A stretch of DNA of 64,000 nt from a virus. Made by a program: the position numbers and the translations under genes. This document shows, in pieces, positions 27,416 through 37,697 of the stretch. The stretch is taken from IMG/VR virus record IMGVR_UViG_3300031565_005154. One strand, 5' to 3'. The stretch's first letter is position 1; every line of letters begins with the position of its first letter. A model generated the notes under the pieces. It had not been told where the DNA came from and made no database searches. It saw only the letters and a list, made by a program, of their open reading frames with translations.

Positions 27416-29083
27416 ATGTCTGTTGTTTATACGCGATCCGATAGCGTTGGTCGTAGTATCATACCATCGCCACTAGTCTCTATTAATAAAAACTATCAAT
27501 CTAACGATGATGGAACTAAGATAGGTACAATATATTCTATTACATTAACTGGTACTATGTTATCATTTATGGGTTCTCCAAGTGGATCGTATTCATCGTT
27601 AAATCAAGCCTTCCACACACTGGGTGGTTATCCGCCAGACGATACAGATACGGGTAATAATGAAAATTTCAATAATATTATACGGAAACAGGAAGCCCTC
27701 AGGTGGTTGTTTAGTGAAGATGGTGGGACATTAGAGTGGCAACCAAGCGATGGACAGCCACCGGTTAGATGTTATCCAAAAATTCTGTCTATTAATTTCC
27801 CAGAAGGACAATGGGCCAACAAGTGCGAATATACAATTGAGATGGAGGCTCCATGGATTTATATAAATGGACAACTAAATGTCGAAGATGATATATCTAT
27901 GGATTCAATATCTTCGTCCACAGAAACATGGTCATTCGAAGAAGTTGATGGTCATGAAAATACACAATATAGAGTTACGCATGAAGTTAACGCTAACGGT
28001 AAATTGAGTTATGCTGGAGCCAGTGGTTTATATGAAAATAAGCAGGCGTGGGAACATGCTAAAACTTTTGTAGACTCAAGGATTGATGGATTAGTCGATA
28101 ACGATGTAATGTTTGCGGCACTTGGTGCTTCTGGTAAAATTACTGGTAATTATAATACAATTACAAATATAGATCAAGATGGTGGAACATATGGAGTTAC
28201 GGAAGAATGGCTCCTGTCGGACGGTAATACATATGAAGAACGGAAATTCACTGTAGATTATGATCAGACTAATGGGGAATACAACATAACATATGAAGGA
28301 GTAATATATGGAGTAGCTACTGGCAGCCGCGCTGGTAATGTTGGAGGACTCAACCAAGCGAAAGCCGCTGTTCCATCAGCTTCTGCCGCTCGACTTACAG
28401 CCATTAGTTATTTAGGTTCTTTAATTGGATCAAAATCTATTCCAACACATCCCGACAGACATACGGTGAATTTGGATCAGCAGAACAGTACCGTGACTTT
28501 TACGTATACTTGGGAAACATCAGATAGTAGTACTGTATTTATAACAGAGGAATCTCAACATTCTTATTCGGTTTCAGATTTATTGAACACACTTACATAT
28601 ACTCAAACAGCAGAAGGCAAAGGAGATTCTGTCTCTGAACGTTTAACTAATGCAAAAAATGCTATTTATGGTGATGGTGCGGCACTTAGTAACGCCAAAA
28701 CCCTGGCAAGCACATATCTTTCTTATACCAAATTATCTACAGCAGCATCTTTTGATAAGCGTAGTGGTACAGCAAAAAAGACATGGACATGGACAGATAG
28801 GGACGCCCACCAGACAGAAGTCACTATTCAAACACAAGAAGCAAATGCTGTTTTGGCTATCATACCTATTCCTGGTCGTGCTGCTGGACCAATTATACAA
28901 GATATGTCGACACAAAGTTCGGAGACGATTACTGTGACAATGCGATCTAAAGGAAATATTACGCGACCTACATTAAACACTGTTATATACAGTGAGGGTG
29001 GATTAATTACTAGCGATTCTACAACGTGGAATCCAGAAACAGGCGTAGCAGAGAGAACAACACGATTTTTGAAAGATAGTTAA
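27416..29083 (+). CDS. Tail (distal tail/baseplate-type) structural protein
   Basis: Thr/Ser-rich beta protein downstream of TMP. Confidence 0.5.
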   Translation: MSVVYTRSDSVGRSIIPSPLVSINKNYQSNDDGTKIGTIYSITLTGTMLSFMGSPSGSYSSLNQAFHTLGGYPPDDTDTGNNENFNNIIRKQEALRWLFSEDGGTLEWQPSDGQPPVRCYPKILSINFPEGQWANKCEYTIEMEAPWIYINGQLNVEDDISMDSISSSTETWSFEEVDGHENTQYRVTHEVNANGKLSYAGASGLYENKQAWEHAKTFVDSRIDGLVDNDVMFAALGASGKITGNYNTITNIDQDGGTYGVTEEWLLSDGNTYEERKFTVDYDQTNGEYNITYEGVIYGVATGSRAGNVGGLNQAKAAVPSASAARLTAISYLGSLIGSKSIPTHPDRHTVNLDQQNSTVTFTYTWETSDSSTVFITEESQHSYSVSDLLNTLTYTQTAEGKGDSVSERLTNAKNAIYGDGAALSNAKTLASTYLSYTKLSTAASFDKRSGTAKKTWTWTDRDAHQTEVTIQTQEANAVLAIIPIPGRAAGPIIQDMSTQSSETITVTMRSKGNITRPTLNTVIYSEGGLITSDSTTWNPETGVAERTTRFLKDS

Positions 29084-29100
29084 AGTAGAGGAAATTAACG

Positions 29101-31581
29101 GTGACTCAAGAGATAACAACATACAGATTGTTCGGTGGCCCACTACAAAGTATTAACGTAGCACTTGGGATTAATCAGAATCCTACTGTTATTACTACAA
29201 CTGTAATAAGGGATGGCTCACCAATCGTTGTGGCTAATAGACAATTGGTAAATATATCTATTGGTGCACTTCAATTTCGTGGTATAGTACAATCGTGGGA
29301 CGAAGCTAAAACAGACATAGCAGGAACCGGTGTTTATCAAGTTCGTCTTACTGATACAAAACCAGTACTTAATGCAGCACAAGTAATTATAGGTTCTTCC
29401 TTTGATGATACGAAAACACAAGCATATGATTATGGCGACAATGTAATACCAATAATATTTCAAACATCATCGCAAATGTCGGATGGAATTCCATTTAGTG
29501 TAATCATGGACAGTGTTGAAGATGCGGAAATAAGATATGGTAATCAAACGTATACGGTGAATTTCAATTTTACTTTACCTACTAGGGGTAGTGCGGTTGA
29601 ATATTCATTAAGAGGGCGTGCATTTTCGTTATCCGAATTGATATCTCAAATAGCCGATGATCATGGATTAGATTGGTATGTTACTACATCTGCCAGTAAT
29701 GTCATTTCCATTAATATGTTTGGTCGCACAAATATTACCGATATAACCGTGAATCAATTAGCGGCGTTACACCCAGGGGCTGTTGAAAGGCGACATGAAG
29801 GACTAGAGAACAGAGATGCTGTTCAAAAGGTTGTTCTTGTTGGCGGATATAAGTCTGTACTGAGTCGCAGCGATGGTTCGCTTTGGGAACAATTCTGGGG
29901 TTTTGAGGAAAATGGACGCAAACGGGCAGAACCACTTTACACAGAAACTATAATGGAAAATATTATTAATAACAATTTCACACCAGAGGAATATACCGAA
30001 GAGTCTGTTCAAAGAATTTTATCATACGCAAATGAATTTTGGGGTAGAAAATTCATATCGGAAATTACACCACCAGCAGTAATAGATTCTAATGGACGAT
30101 CATGGGTTGTTCCAACTAGTGCGGGGTGGAATGAATCAGATTCTGTTCCTATGGACTTTAATCTAGACGGTCAATTAAAATTTCAGACCAATGACGGACG
30201 ATGGATTACTTTCATAACCTTGCCATTACCTGGTTCTAGATGGGCTACTAAATCCGTTAAATATAGTTACGAATGGGATGATGAATTGTTTTCTAACCCA
30301 AATAGCCACATTGATGATGATGGGAACGTAGCCATGAAATCTTCATTGGAAACTATCGATAATTTGCAAGGAGATGAAGAAGATCAGTATTTTTTGATTA
30401 CTTTGGCGACACCATTGAGAGTCAAATCACGGCAAGTAGCTGGTAGTGCTGCGTTATCTGATGTTGTTACAAAAACTAGGGCTACACAAATTGGTACTGC
30501 TTACTTAGCATTGCTGGATCAGAGGGAAACATATGGCCCTTGGGCAAACAGGGAGAGTTCTATAGGGCGTACAGAAGTAATTATTGATGCTTCTCTTACA
30601 CCGTGGTCGTTTGGATATAGAGGCATCACAAATTCTATAGGTATTGATTTATTAACACAAGTAGCTCGTGCTAAAATAAAAACAGTAGCTGATACCACTA
30701 TGGATGCAAAAACAGCAGAATTAGCAGTTGCTGGAGTTCCCGCTATTAATATAGGTGATCAACTACACACTACTGGTGTAATAACTTCAATGAATGTTGT
30801 CTTTGCTGTCGGTGGAGTTAAAACTATATATAAAGCCAGACAACATACAACTGAATTATCTAAACATCTTAAACAACAACAGGACTTACTAGATAGACTT
30901 CGCCGTCAAGCGGCTGAATTTAACAATACAATGCAACCTCCGCAAGACGATTTCGCCACAGACAGAACAATACAGGCATTGAAAAAGGAGTTACCAGAAC
31001 CACCCGTTAATTCAGAAAGTGAAGGTACTAGACGCAAACTTCAAACATTGTTAGGCAGGATATATGCACGCAGTAGCACTACAGAACCGAAATATAATAT
31101 TACACCAATGGCATGGGTTGCAGATACATTTGGTGAATTAACGTTAGTAAGAAATACAAAAGTATTTGGTACATACCTTAATGTGGTTAATATGGGGGAG
31201 CCACAGACAGCACCCGGTCGTCTAATCGTAGGGACCGATGTAACAGTCAATGAATTCTCAGTAACAGACGGCGGTATAGTTTCGTATTATATAAACGTAT
31301 CGGCCCCCAAACCACCCAGTTTTACTGCTTTGATAAAAGAAGCGGTTAGCAATCTTCAGCCAACGTATAAAGTTATACCGGTGGTTAGTGCAATACAACA
31401 GATAAACTTATTGCCTACCGAATTGCTTGTTCTAAATGCTGTTCTTAACATAGGAGAACCCGCCAATTATCCAGGATATTTAGGTATTAACACCGAGGTT
31501 AGTATTAATTGGAATGAAAATAGTGATGGCTCATACACGCCATTCATTGAACAACAACTGAATCTGTTCAAACCATTTTAG
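29101..31581 (+). CDS. Tail hub/baseplate-type structural protein
   Basis: 826 aa downstream of TMP; LSELISQIADDHGLDWYV and VQKVVLVGG segments resemble tail hub proteins. Confidence 0.5.
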   Translation: MTQEITTYRLFGGPLQSINVALGINQNPTVITTTVIRDGSPIVVANRQLVNISIGALQFRGIVQSWDEAKTDIAGTGVYQVRLTDTKPVLNAAQVIIGSSFDDTKTQAYDYGDNVIPIIFQTSSQMSDGIPFSVIMDSVEDAEIRYGNQTYTVNFNFTLPTRGSAVEYSLRGRAFSLSELISQIADDHGLDWYVTTSASNVISINMFGRTNITDITVNQLAALHPGAVERRHEGLENRDAVQKVVLVGGYKSVLSRSDGSLWEQFWGFEENGRKRAEPLYTETIMENIINNNFTPEEYTEESVQRILSYANEFWGRKFISEITPPAVIDSNGRSWVVPTSAGWNESDSVPMDFNLDGQLKFQTNDGRWITFITLPLPGSRWATKSVKYSYEWDDELFSNPNSHIDDDGNVAMKSSLETIDNLQGDEEDQYFLITLATPLRVKSRQVAGSAALSDVVTKTRATQIGTAYLALLDQRETYGPWANRESSIGRTEVIIDASLTPWSFGYRGITNSIGIDLLTQVARAKIKTVADTTMDAKTAELAVAGVPAINIGDQLHTTGVITSMNVVFAVGGVKTIYKARQHTTELSKHLKQQQDLLDRLRRQAAEFNNTMQPPQDDFATDRTIQALKKELPEPPVNSESEGTRRKLQTLLGRIYARSSTTEPKYNITPMAWVADTFGELTLVRNTKVFGTYLNVVNMGEPQTAPGRLIVGTDVTVNEFSVTDGGIVSYYINVSAPKPPSFTALIKEAVSNLQPTYKVIPVVSAIQQINLLPTELLVLNAVLNIGEPANYPGYLGINTEVSINWNENSDGSYTPFIEQQLNLFKPF

Positions 31582-31596
31582 TGGGAGTATATATAA

Positions 31597-32736
31597 ATGG
31601 CTAGAGTTGGACCTAATCAAGACATTAATGATCCAACAACAATATTGGAAGTTGGTAAACATTTCTATGATAAAAGTGTTTCTATTGGTATTTTACGGGC
31701 AGTATCGGATACTCAGAATCCATATGCAAGTGGTTCACCAACACCAACAATTATTATTCCATTAAAAATAATTGATGGTTCAACTTATGATTTACAATGT
31801 TCTAGAATTACTGATACTTTTACTGTCGACGAACTCAAACTTAGTCAATCGGTTATCAATACTTATATCAATTTAGCAGAACGATTCAGAGAGTATTGGG
31901 AATTAGTTCGCCTAAATATTCTTTCATTAACTGATTTTGGCACTGTTGATCCAACCCCTGTTGATGCAATACCATCCACAGGTACTGGTGATCCCCATTA
32001 CACGTCTGGTTCGCTAGGTGGAACCCATTATGAAGTTATGTCAACGTCTTTTGATACCGATGTAATAGATATACCAGTATGGTCTGGTTGTGGATTGACC
32101 GATTACAACTATCACACATATCCCCAACTGTTGAACGCATTGAGTCAGCTATCGGCTTCTCAAAATACCGCTTATTATTCGGTGGATGAAATATACTATT
32201 GGCTGAAGATACAAGAAGAGACACCAGATATACCACCACATGGTAATTCAAGAATTATGGCTTACGATAGTTTTCCGCAAGTTGGAGCTATCCAAATACC
32301 CAACTTTAGTCATACGACAAATAAGATAGTTACTTTAACTGGCTCGGCATCATATAATAGAACGGCAAATCTACCCGCCCCCCATTTCTATACTGTTTAC
32401 CAAGAGTCTGTTCGTACAAAATCAGAAGTAGCAATTGATAATCATGATACTGACTTTTCTGCTTTGTCATTTATAACCCAAGAGGAACAGGATAATATTC
32501 CTCCTGGTTTATATTGGTGGAACTTTTCTGTTAGTATCGCGGTAAATCATAATAGGGAAATTGTTATACCGCCCAATAAATCGGCTTTTATTATATTTTT
32601 TGCACAGGTTTACGCTGAAATCGGACAGTTTGTGGGTGTTCCGGGTTCACTTCAAATGAATGGAACATCTTTAATAGAAATCGGAAGTGATACAGGAACA
32701 TATAACAGAACAACCACTTCACAAGTTGTCATATAG
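31597..32736 (+). CDS. Putative tail-tip/structural protein
   Basis: 379-aa Thr/Ser/Pro-rich ORF closing the tail operon. Confidence 0.45.
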   Translation: MARVGPNQDINDPTTILEVGKHFYDKSVSIGILRAVSDTQNPYASGSPTPTIIIPLKIIDGSTYDLQCSRITDTFTVDELKLSQSVINTYINLAERFREYWELVRLNILSLTDFGTVDPTPVDAIPSTGTGDPHYTSGSLGGTHYEVMSTSFDTDVIDIPVWSGCGLTDYNYHTYPQLLNALSQLSASQNTAYYSVDEIYYWLKIQEETPDIPPHGNSRIMAYDSFPQVGAIQIPNFSHTTNKIVTLTGSASYNRTANLPAPHFYTVYQESVRTKSEVAIDNHDTDFSALSFITQEEQDNIPPGLYWWNFSVSIAVNHNREIVIPPNKSAFIIFFAQVYAEIGQFVGVPGSLQMNGTSLIEIGSDTGTYNRTTTSQVVI

Positions 32737-32742
32737 TGCAGT

Positions 32743-32751
32743 GGTGTATAA
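32743..32751 (+). promoter_or_regulatory. Class L promoter GGTGTATAA
   Basis: In the 35-bp gap before 32772. Confidence 0.6.
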
Positions 32752-32771
32752 ACAAACGAAAGGAATGAATT

Positions 32772-33386
32772 ATGTCAGAAATCAATATGTACATTGCAGA
32801 AAATGATGTCAAGATAGATACGGGAGAGTCTCTGGGTTTTTTTGGTCCGGATGGATTTGGCGATCCTTTATCTATAAGTGAATACAATGGACGAACATTT
32901 GTAACAAATTCGAGTGGTTCTGTGTCGCATGAGGAATGCGACAATTGCCGCAAAATTTCATCATCTGGTGTTATTATAGGACAAACTGGTACTGGAATTG
33001 ATCTTATTAATTTACCCAATTATTTGGCAACAATAAATTTACGCTTTACTCATCCCCAGGCTGTTTTGGTACAAAACGCCAGACTAATAGCTTTTGACGG
33101 TAGTGATATATCCAATGCCCCGACTGGACTAAGCACATATGGAGCAGAAATTATCCATACAAGTAGATCACAAACCGCTACCGGAATAGGAGATACCGCC
33201 TGGGTACAAATGGCCGGATCTGGTCAAGTTTTGAATCTCGTTGATTCTCCCGGCACATCTGGTATAAGCCCCTTTGGTCCAGCCACGATTTCAACTCGTC
33301 ACGATTGGTATATTGCTTTGTCGGTAGCCCCAACAATCCCTTCAGATAAAAGTTTCAGTTTTAGAGCCGAGCTTGAATATATTTAA
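32772..33386 (+). CDS. Virion structural protein, paralogue A
   Basis: Shares NLRFT...QN and RHDWY...LEY(I/L) with 34314-34949. Confidence 0.6.
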   Translation: MSEINMYIAENDVKIDTGESLGFFGPDGFGDPLSISEYNGRTFVTNSSGSVSHEECDNCRKISSSGVIIGQTGTGIDLINLPNYLATINLRFTHPQAVLVQNARLIAFDGSDISNAPTGLSTYGAEIIHTSRSQTATGIGDTAWVQMAGSGQVLNLVDSPGTSGISPFGPATISTRHDWYIALSVAPTIPSDKSFSFRAELEYI

Positions 33387-33405
33387 GAACAATTCTTTTT
33401 CTTTT

Positions 33406-33414
33406 GGTGTATAA
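33406..33414 (+). promoter_or_regulatory. Class L promoter GGTGTATAA
   Basis: Upstream of the HNH gene. Confidence 0.55.
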
Positions 33415-33465
33415 ATATAGTAGTAACATTGTTAAAAAAAACTTATCGCCAAAAGGGGAAAATTG

Positions 33466-34263
33466 ATGCAGACAAGCAAGGAATTGTATCAGGAAAGAAA
33501 AGGTAAACATTTATGTACTAAATGTGGGGAAACAGCAGAAACAAATAAGACATTGTGTTTGCACCATCTAAAAGCCGCAAATAGAAATCAACAAGCTGTT
33601 ATTGATAGACGAAAAAATAAGGGATTGTGTCAGAAGTGTGGTACAAAACTTACCAATGGACGCAAAACCTGCAATAATTGTCTGGAGAAAAATGTTTCCA
33701 AACATAGAGATGACAAATGGATACCATGGATCGACAGAAAGAAACATGGGCTTTGTATTAATTGTGGACAACCCAATTCAACATCTAACCAATTATGTAA
33801 AAGGTGTTCCAAAAAACGTAGTAAGACGGAACAATTAACATGGAAACAGAGGGTCGCAAATGGACTTTGTGGCGTATGCGGTAAACGACTTTTGGCCAAT
33901 AGCAGTAAAACCCGGTGTGTAATATGTATCTATAAACACAATAAATGGTATGCTTCATCCGATCTTCGAAAACGTCGTATTAAAAATGATAGACTATTAA
34001 GAAATCAAATTCTTAAACATTATGGTGGCAGATGCACTTGTTGTGGTGAAACAGAAAAGACATTTTTAGCTATTGATCATATTTATGGCAAAGGCAATGC
34101 TCATCGTAAACAGATTAATAAAATTTCAGGTCAAAGCTATTACAAATGGATAATAGAACAAAATTTTCCAGACTATTTACAAGTATTGTGTTATAACTGC
34201 AATATGAGCAAATACTTGAATGGCGGTATTTGCGCACACAAATCAAAGCAAGATGGTGTATAA
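33466..34263 (+). CDS. Cys-rich HNH-type homing endonuclease, paralogue of 4106-4861
   Basis: Tandem CxxC units; CTCCGE...LAIDHIYGKG...LQVLCYNCNMSK. Confidence 0.75.
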   Translation: MQTSKELYQERKGKHLCTKCGETAETNKTLCLHHLKAANRNQQAVIDRRKNKGLCQKCGTKLTNGRKTCNNCLEKNVSKHRDDKWIPWIDRKKHGLCINCGQPNSTSNQLCKRCSKKRSKTEQLTWKQRVANGLCGVCGKRLLANSSKTRCVICIYKHNKWYASSDLRKRRIKNDRLLRNQILKHYGGRCTCCGETEKTFLAIDHIYGKGNAHRKQINKISGQSYYKWIIEQNFPDYLQVLCYNCNMSKYLNGGICAHKSKQDGV

Positions 34264-34264
34264 T
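34255..34264 (+). promoter_or_regulatory. Class L promoter GGTGTATAAT overlapping the HNH stop
   Basis: Motif encoded by the final codons (GGT GTA TAA), as at the end of ligA. Confidence 0.55.
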
Positions 34265-34313
34265 ACAGTGGACGAAACTAGGTTCTAGATAAAATGTAGG
34301 GGAGGTGAAAGAA

Positions 34314-34949
34314 ATGGCAGCAGCGATTAATTTTTATGTTGGTCAAGGTGGCGGAACATGGGTTGATCTTAGTTCATCTGGTGTTGGCTTTTATGGTGCA
34401 GCTTTCGGTAATTCGGTTCAGGTCGGGCAGTATCAAGATAGCACATATATTACAACCAGTAACGGGGCTACGGAGGGTCCAGAAGCGACAAATGCAAAAT
34501 ACATTACTTCCAGTGGTCTATCCATTAATGCCGGTACAACCGTAGTGCCTTCAGCAGTAGCTATCAATAGTGGTACAATGAATATTCGGTTTACGTATGA
34601 TAGTGCTGTAAAGACACAGAACTGTGAGCTTCGTATTTTTGACCGTTCTAGTATCAACAACGGAGCCGTAGGTGTTACGACTCAGGTGTGTCAAATTTGC
34701 AATGATGGTTCTGGTGTTAGTTCAAGTGGAACCGCTATAGCCCCAGCAAGTCATGCTGGATGGGTTGCACCATCAGGTTCTGGTGTTACCGTAGCGTTGC
34801 TAAGCAGTGCTGGCAGTGGTGGTTTGAGTCCATCTGGTACGGATACTGAGGACGCTCGGCATGATTGGTACGCTTGTCTATCAGCTAGTCCATTGAGTAT
34901 TGGCAGTAAGGAAAGCTTCGGACTCTATGTGGCGCTCGAATATCTGTAA
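34314..34949 (+). CDS. Virion structural protein, paralogue B
   Basis: GGAGG RBS; Ser/Gly-rich; homologous to 32772-33386. Confidence 0.6.
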   Translation: MAAAINFYVGQGGGTWVDLSSSGVGFYGAAFGNSVQVGQYQDSTYITTSNGATEGPEATNAKYITSSGLSINAGTTVVPSAVAINSGTMNIRFTYDSAVKTQNCELRIFDRSSINNGAVGVTTQVCQICNDGSGVSSSGTAIAPASHAGWVAPSGSGVTVALLSSAGSGGLSPSGTDTEDARHDWYACLSASPLSIGSKESFGLYVALEYL

Positions 34950-34972
34950 ACTATTGTAACATAACGACTTAT

Positions 34973-35014
34973 GGGAGGATGTTGGTTAACCCGATGACCA
35001 TAATCCTCCCTTTT
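34973..35014 (+). terminator. Possible terminator (long-loop hairpin)
   Basis: gggaggat...atcctccc followed by ttttcttttc. Confidence 0.5.
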
Positions 35015-35031
35015 CTTTTCTGGGGAACTTT

Positions 35032-35349
35032 ATGTGGGAAAAAGCGATAGGGTTAGATGGAGAAATTTATGATTCTATATCAGAAACAAAAGTGGCTGAT
35101 TGGTTTCTAGAAAATGATATCCAATACGAACCACACAAACATCTTCCACGACCTAGCCGTAGCATATGTGATTTCTATCTACCCGAATACGACTTATGGA
35201 TTGAGTACGATGGTTTGATGGAAGTCCGTGCAGATGACAAACTGGAACGCAAACGAGCATTCTATACGAAACACAAATTAAAATTTTTGATTATTACTAG
35301 AGATAATTGGCAAAGGGACGTGCTAGAACAGATAGAACTAGGAGGATAA
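35032..35349 (+). CDS. Small PD-(D/E)XK / DUF559-like endonuclease
   Basis: SISETKVADWF...CDFYLPEYDLWIEYDG. Confidence 0.7.
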   Translation: MWEKAIGLDGEIYDSISETKVADWFLENDIQYEPHKHLPRPSRSICDFYLPEYDLWIEYDGLMEVRADDKLERKRAFYTKHKLKFLIITRDNWQRDVLEQIELGG

Positions 35350-35350
35350 T

Positions 35351-35671
35351 GTGGACAAGAAACACGGTACTGTTTGTGGAATAATTGGTTTGATCATAGG
35401 TATTGTGGGTGGAATCGCTGGCACCGCCTACTCCATGGGAGTAGAACGACAACGAATCAATGATACTCTTATCACAAATAAAACTAAAATAGAAGCAGTT
35501 GACCTAGAAATGGGCCGATATGCTGGTATAATGGTATCTCACATAACTGTCATATCAGCCCTACAAACTAGTATACACGAGTTAACCACCACAGTTGGAA
35601 ATTTACGTACAGACGTACAAGTATTGAAAGCTCTTATGGAGCGTATGGAAAAAGATATCCAACCAAAGTAG
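35351..35671 (+). CDS. Membrane-anchored coiled-coil protein
   Basis: N-terminal TM (VCGIIGLIIGIVGGIAG), heptad C-terminus; GGAGG RBS, GTG start. Confidence 0.6.
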   Translation: MDKKHGTVCGIIGLIIGIVGGIAGTAYSMGVERQRINDTLITNKTKIEAVDLEMGRYAGIMVSHITVISALQTSIHELTTTVGNLRTDVQVLKALMERMEKDIQPK

Positions 35672-35682
35672 AGTTCGATATA

Positions 35683-36153
35683 TTACCATTTATACATAAC
35701 AACTATTGCCTGACGCAACAGGGTACCAAGGATACATGCTTCGCCCTTTGTAATTGCATGGTCAATTGCAGTTTTTTCTCCATTTTTCTTGACACTCAGA
35801 TATATACGAAATACTCCATTATCATCCTTCCAGAAATACAATATAGCATTTCCGGTTGGATTTGAATGGAATAACCCCTTATGTTTACCCTTCGATGTAT
35901 CAAATGGACCAACACCACTTTGTAGGCCGGTCAAAACCGAAAGAATTTCACCTATATCGGCATGTCCTAACTTGAAGACAATTTTCTTATCCCATCCAAA
36001 TGTGGCATTTTCATCGTCATTTTTACCTGTCTGTTTTGCCATTTCCAGAAAAACGCAGTCTTTTTCTGACCCCAGATTCCATTGAGAAGCGGCTCCGCTA
36101 CTATCTTTTCTTGCCTTGTACATTGTGAAATTTTTACTAAATTGTTTAGCCAT
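35683..36153 (-). CDS. Whirly-like ssDNA/RNA-binding protein
   Basis: VFLEMAKQ...TFGWDKKIVFKLGHADIGEIL...LFHS resembles the Whirly (F/Y)DWxxKxxFxLsxxEiGxl core. Confidence 0.6.
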   Translation of the reverse strand: MAKQFSKNFTMYKARKDSSGAASQWNLGSEKDCVFLEMAKQTGKNDDENATFGWDKKIVFKLGHADIGEILSVLTGLQSGVGPFDTSKGKHKGLFHSNPTGNAILYFWKDDNGVFRIYLSVKKNGEKTAIDHAITKGEACILGTLLRQAIVVMYKW

Positions 36154-37117
36154 TTTTAGTCTCCTTTTCTTCTTTCATCTCTCGCATTTTCTTCGCTGTT
36201 GCTAAAGCGTCATCGTAGGATAGTTTCGCTAATTCTACGCTACCAGTACGTGCATTAAGTTCGTATGCAATACCCAAACTGTCCAACACTTCTGATATGG
36301 AAAAATTATTGCGATCAGCCACGAGACGTATCAGACTTATTTGGCTTGTGTGAATATCTCCACCGTTCTGTGTATCTTCTGCGGCAGCCATTGTTTTACG
36401 AACCTCTTCAGAAGAGACAACCCTACGTAGGCACAGAGCGTTACGAAACACTCTACCTTTGGCGCGAGTATCGGCCATTGCTACAAGATATGTTGCGTAG
36501 TCCTCAAAACAATTATCTCCATGTGCATCTGCTAAAGCTTCAAATCTTTTTACTTGCCCATTTGGTGTTTGAAATACTCCCCATGCTTTCGCACATGCAC
36601 GGAATCTGTTTTCTTCTGTTGGAACAGCTAGTAGATCACATCCCTCTTCGATCAATTCACCAACGAGTTGTCCAGCAACACGCCTAAGTCCTTCTACTCG
36701 TGGATTTTTACCATCTATTTCATCATCCATAAACTGTCCAAGAACATATTGAGTCCATTCTGGATCATTCGGTGTAGGTGGTTCCATTAGCTCTGGTTCG
36801 GATTGAATGGGTTCTTCCAGACAATCAGCAGTCAATATTATCTTCTCAGGCGTATCCAAGATATCGTCTGATGGTTCTACATCCCCTTTTGTGTCGGGCA
36901 ACACAGCGATACCAACATCATTTTCATCATCTACATCATCCAGACAATCTAATGCTTCTAATCCCCGCTGATGTTCTTGAAGTTTCTCTAATAATTCGGG
37001 ACGCTTTAATTTGTTACCATCACTATCTACCAACTGCTCTTCCGTATAGCCCAGACCCAACAAAGCAATAGCAATTTCTTGTTTACTTAATCGTGTGGGT
37101 GATTTCTGTTCCGCCAT
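36146..37117 (-). CDS. Putative single-strand annealing protein (Rad52/Sak-like)
   Basis: EGLRRVA...FEALADA...VAMADTRAKGRVFRNAL; lies in the replication/recombination operon. Confidence 0.45.
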   Translation of the reverse strand: MAEQKSPTRLSKQEIAIALLGLGYTEEQLVDSDGNKLKRPELLEKLQEHQRGLEALDCLDDVDDENDVGIAVLPDTKGDVEPSDDILDTPEKIILTADCLEEPIQSEPELMEPPTPNDPEWTQYVLGQFMDDEIDGKNPRVEGLRRVAGQLVGELIEEGCDLLAVPTEENRFRACAKAWGVFQTPNGQVKRFEALADAHGDNCFEDYATYLVAMADTRAKGRVFRNALCLRRVVSSEEVRKTMAAAEDTQNGGDIHTSQISLIRLVADRNNFSISEVLDSLGIAYELNARTGSVELAKLSYDDALATAKKMREMKEEKETKNG

Positions 37118-37697
37118 TTTTCATCTCCGTTAACACTAATTTTGCCAATAGTTCAACATTACAATTTGGTATGATCTCATCACATACTTGAATACCAAAT
37201 TCTGATTCAATCAATTCTTTGTGAGATTCATGTCTCACAACTGTTCGGACTCGTGGATCACAAAATGCTGGTTGCAAATCGAACGATTCTTTGTGTGATT
37301 TTCCAATAAATTCCGGATCGAAAGCATAGTGATAGATAGTGCTTGCGTTACTCGATAACGCTTCTATTGTTGTTCCTATGCTTGTTGTTATCAATGGATA
37401 ATTTTTCCATCTAGCCAAATCTAATGTTCCGAATACGGGGCATAATGGTGTGATACATGGTGCAATAATGTGTTGAGAAAATATACAAATATCTATTCCA
37501 ACTTGTGTATTACAGAATTGATTTATGGAATTTATACCGAAATACGTAAGGTGCGACATTGCTAGATGACTGAATAGAAACCCGAGGATAACTTGATCAT
37601 CATCAAGCTTCAGGCCGAACTTGGCCATTTCATTTGCAGCATCGATCTTTCTACGAATAGCTTCTGTATGTTTGGTATTTTTTTGTTTCTTAGCCAT
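37083..37697 (-). CDS. Hypothetical protein associated with the glycosyltransferase cassette
   Basis: 204-aa ORF coupled to the GT2 gene. Confidence 0.5.
   Translation of the reverse strand: MAKKQKNTKHTEAIRRKIDAANEMAKFGLKLDDDQVILGFLFSHLAMSHLTYFGINSINQFCNTQVGIDICIFSQHIIAPCITPLCPVFGTLDLARWKNYPLITTSIGTTIEALSSNASTIYHYAFDPEFIGKSHKESFDLQPAFCDPRVRTVVRHESHKELIESEFGIQVCDEIIPNCNVELLAKLVLTEMKNGGTEITHTIK

Noticed and set aside
34969-35010. Pseudoknot formed by ttatgg/ccataa and gggaggat/atcctccc
   Set aside because: The helices overlap and leave zero-length crossing loops, which is geometrically implausible; treated as a simple hairpin or alternative fold.
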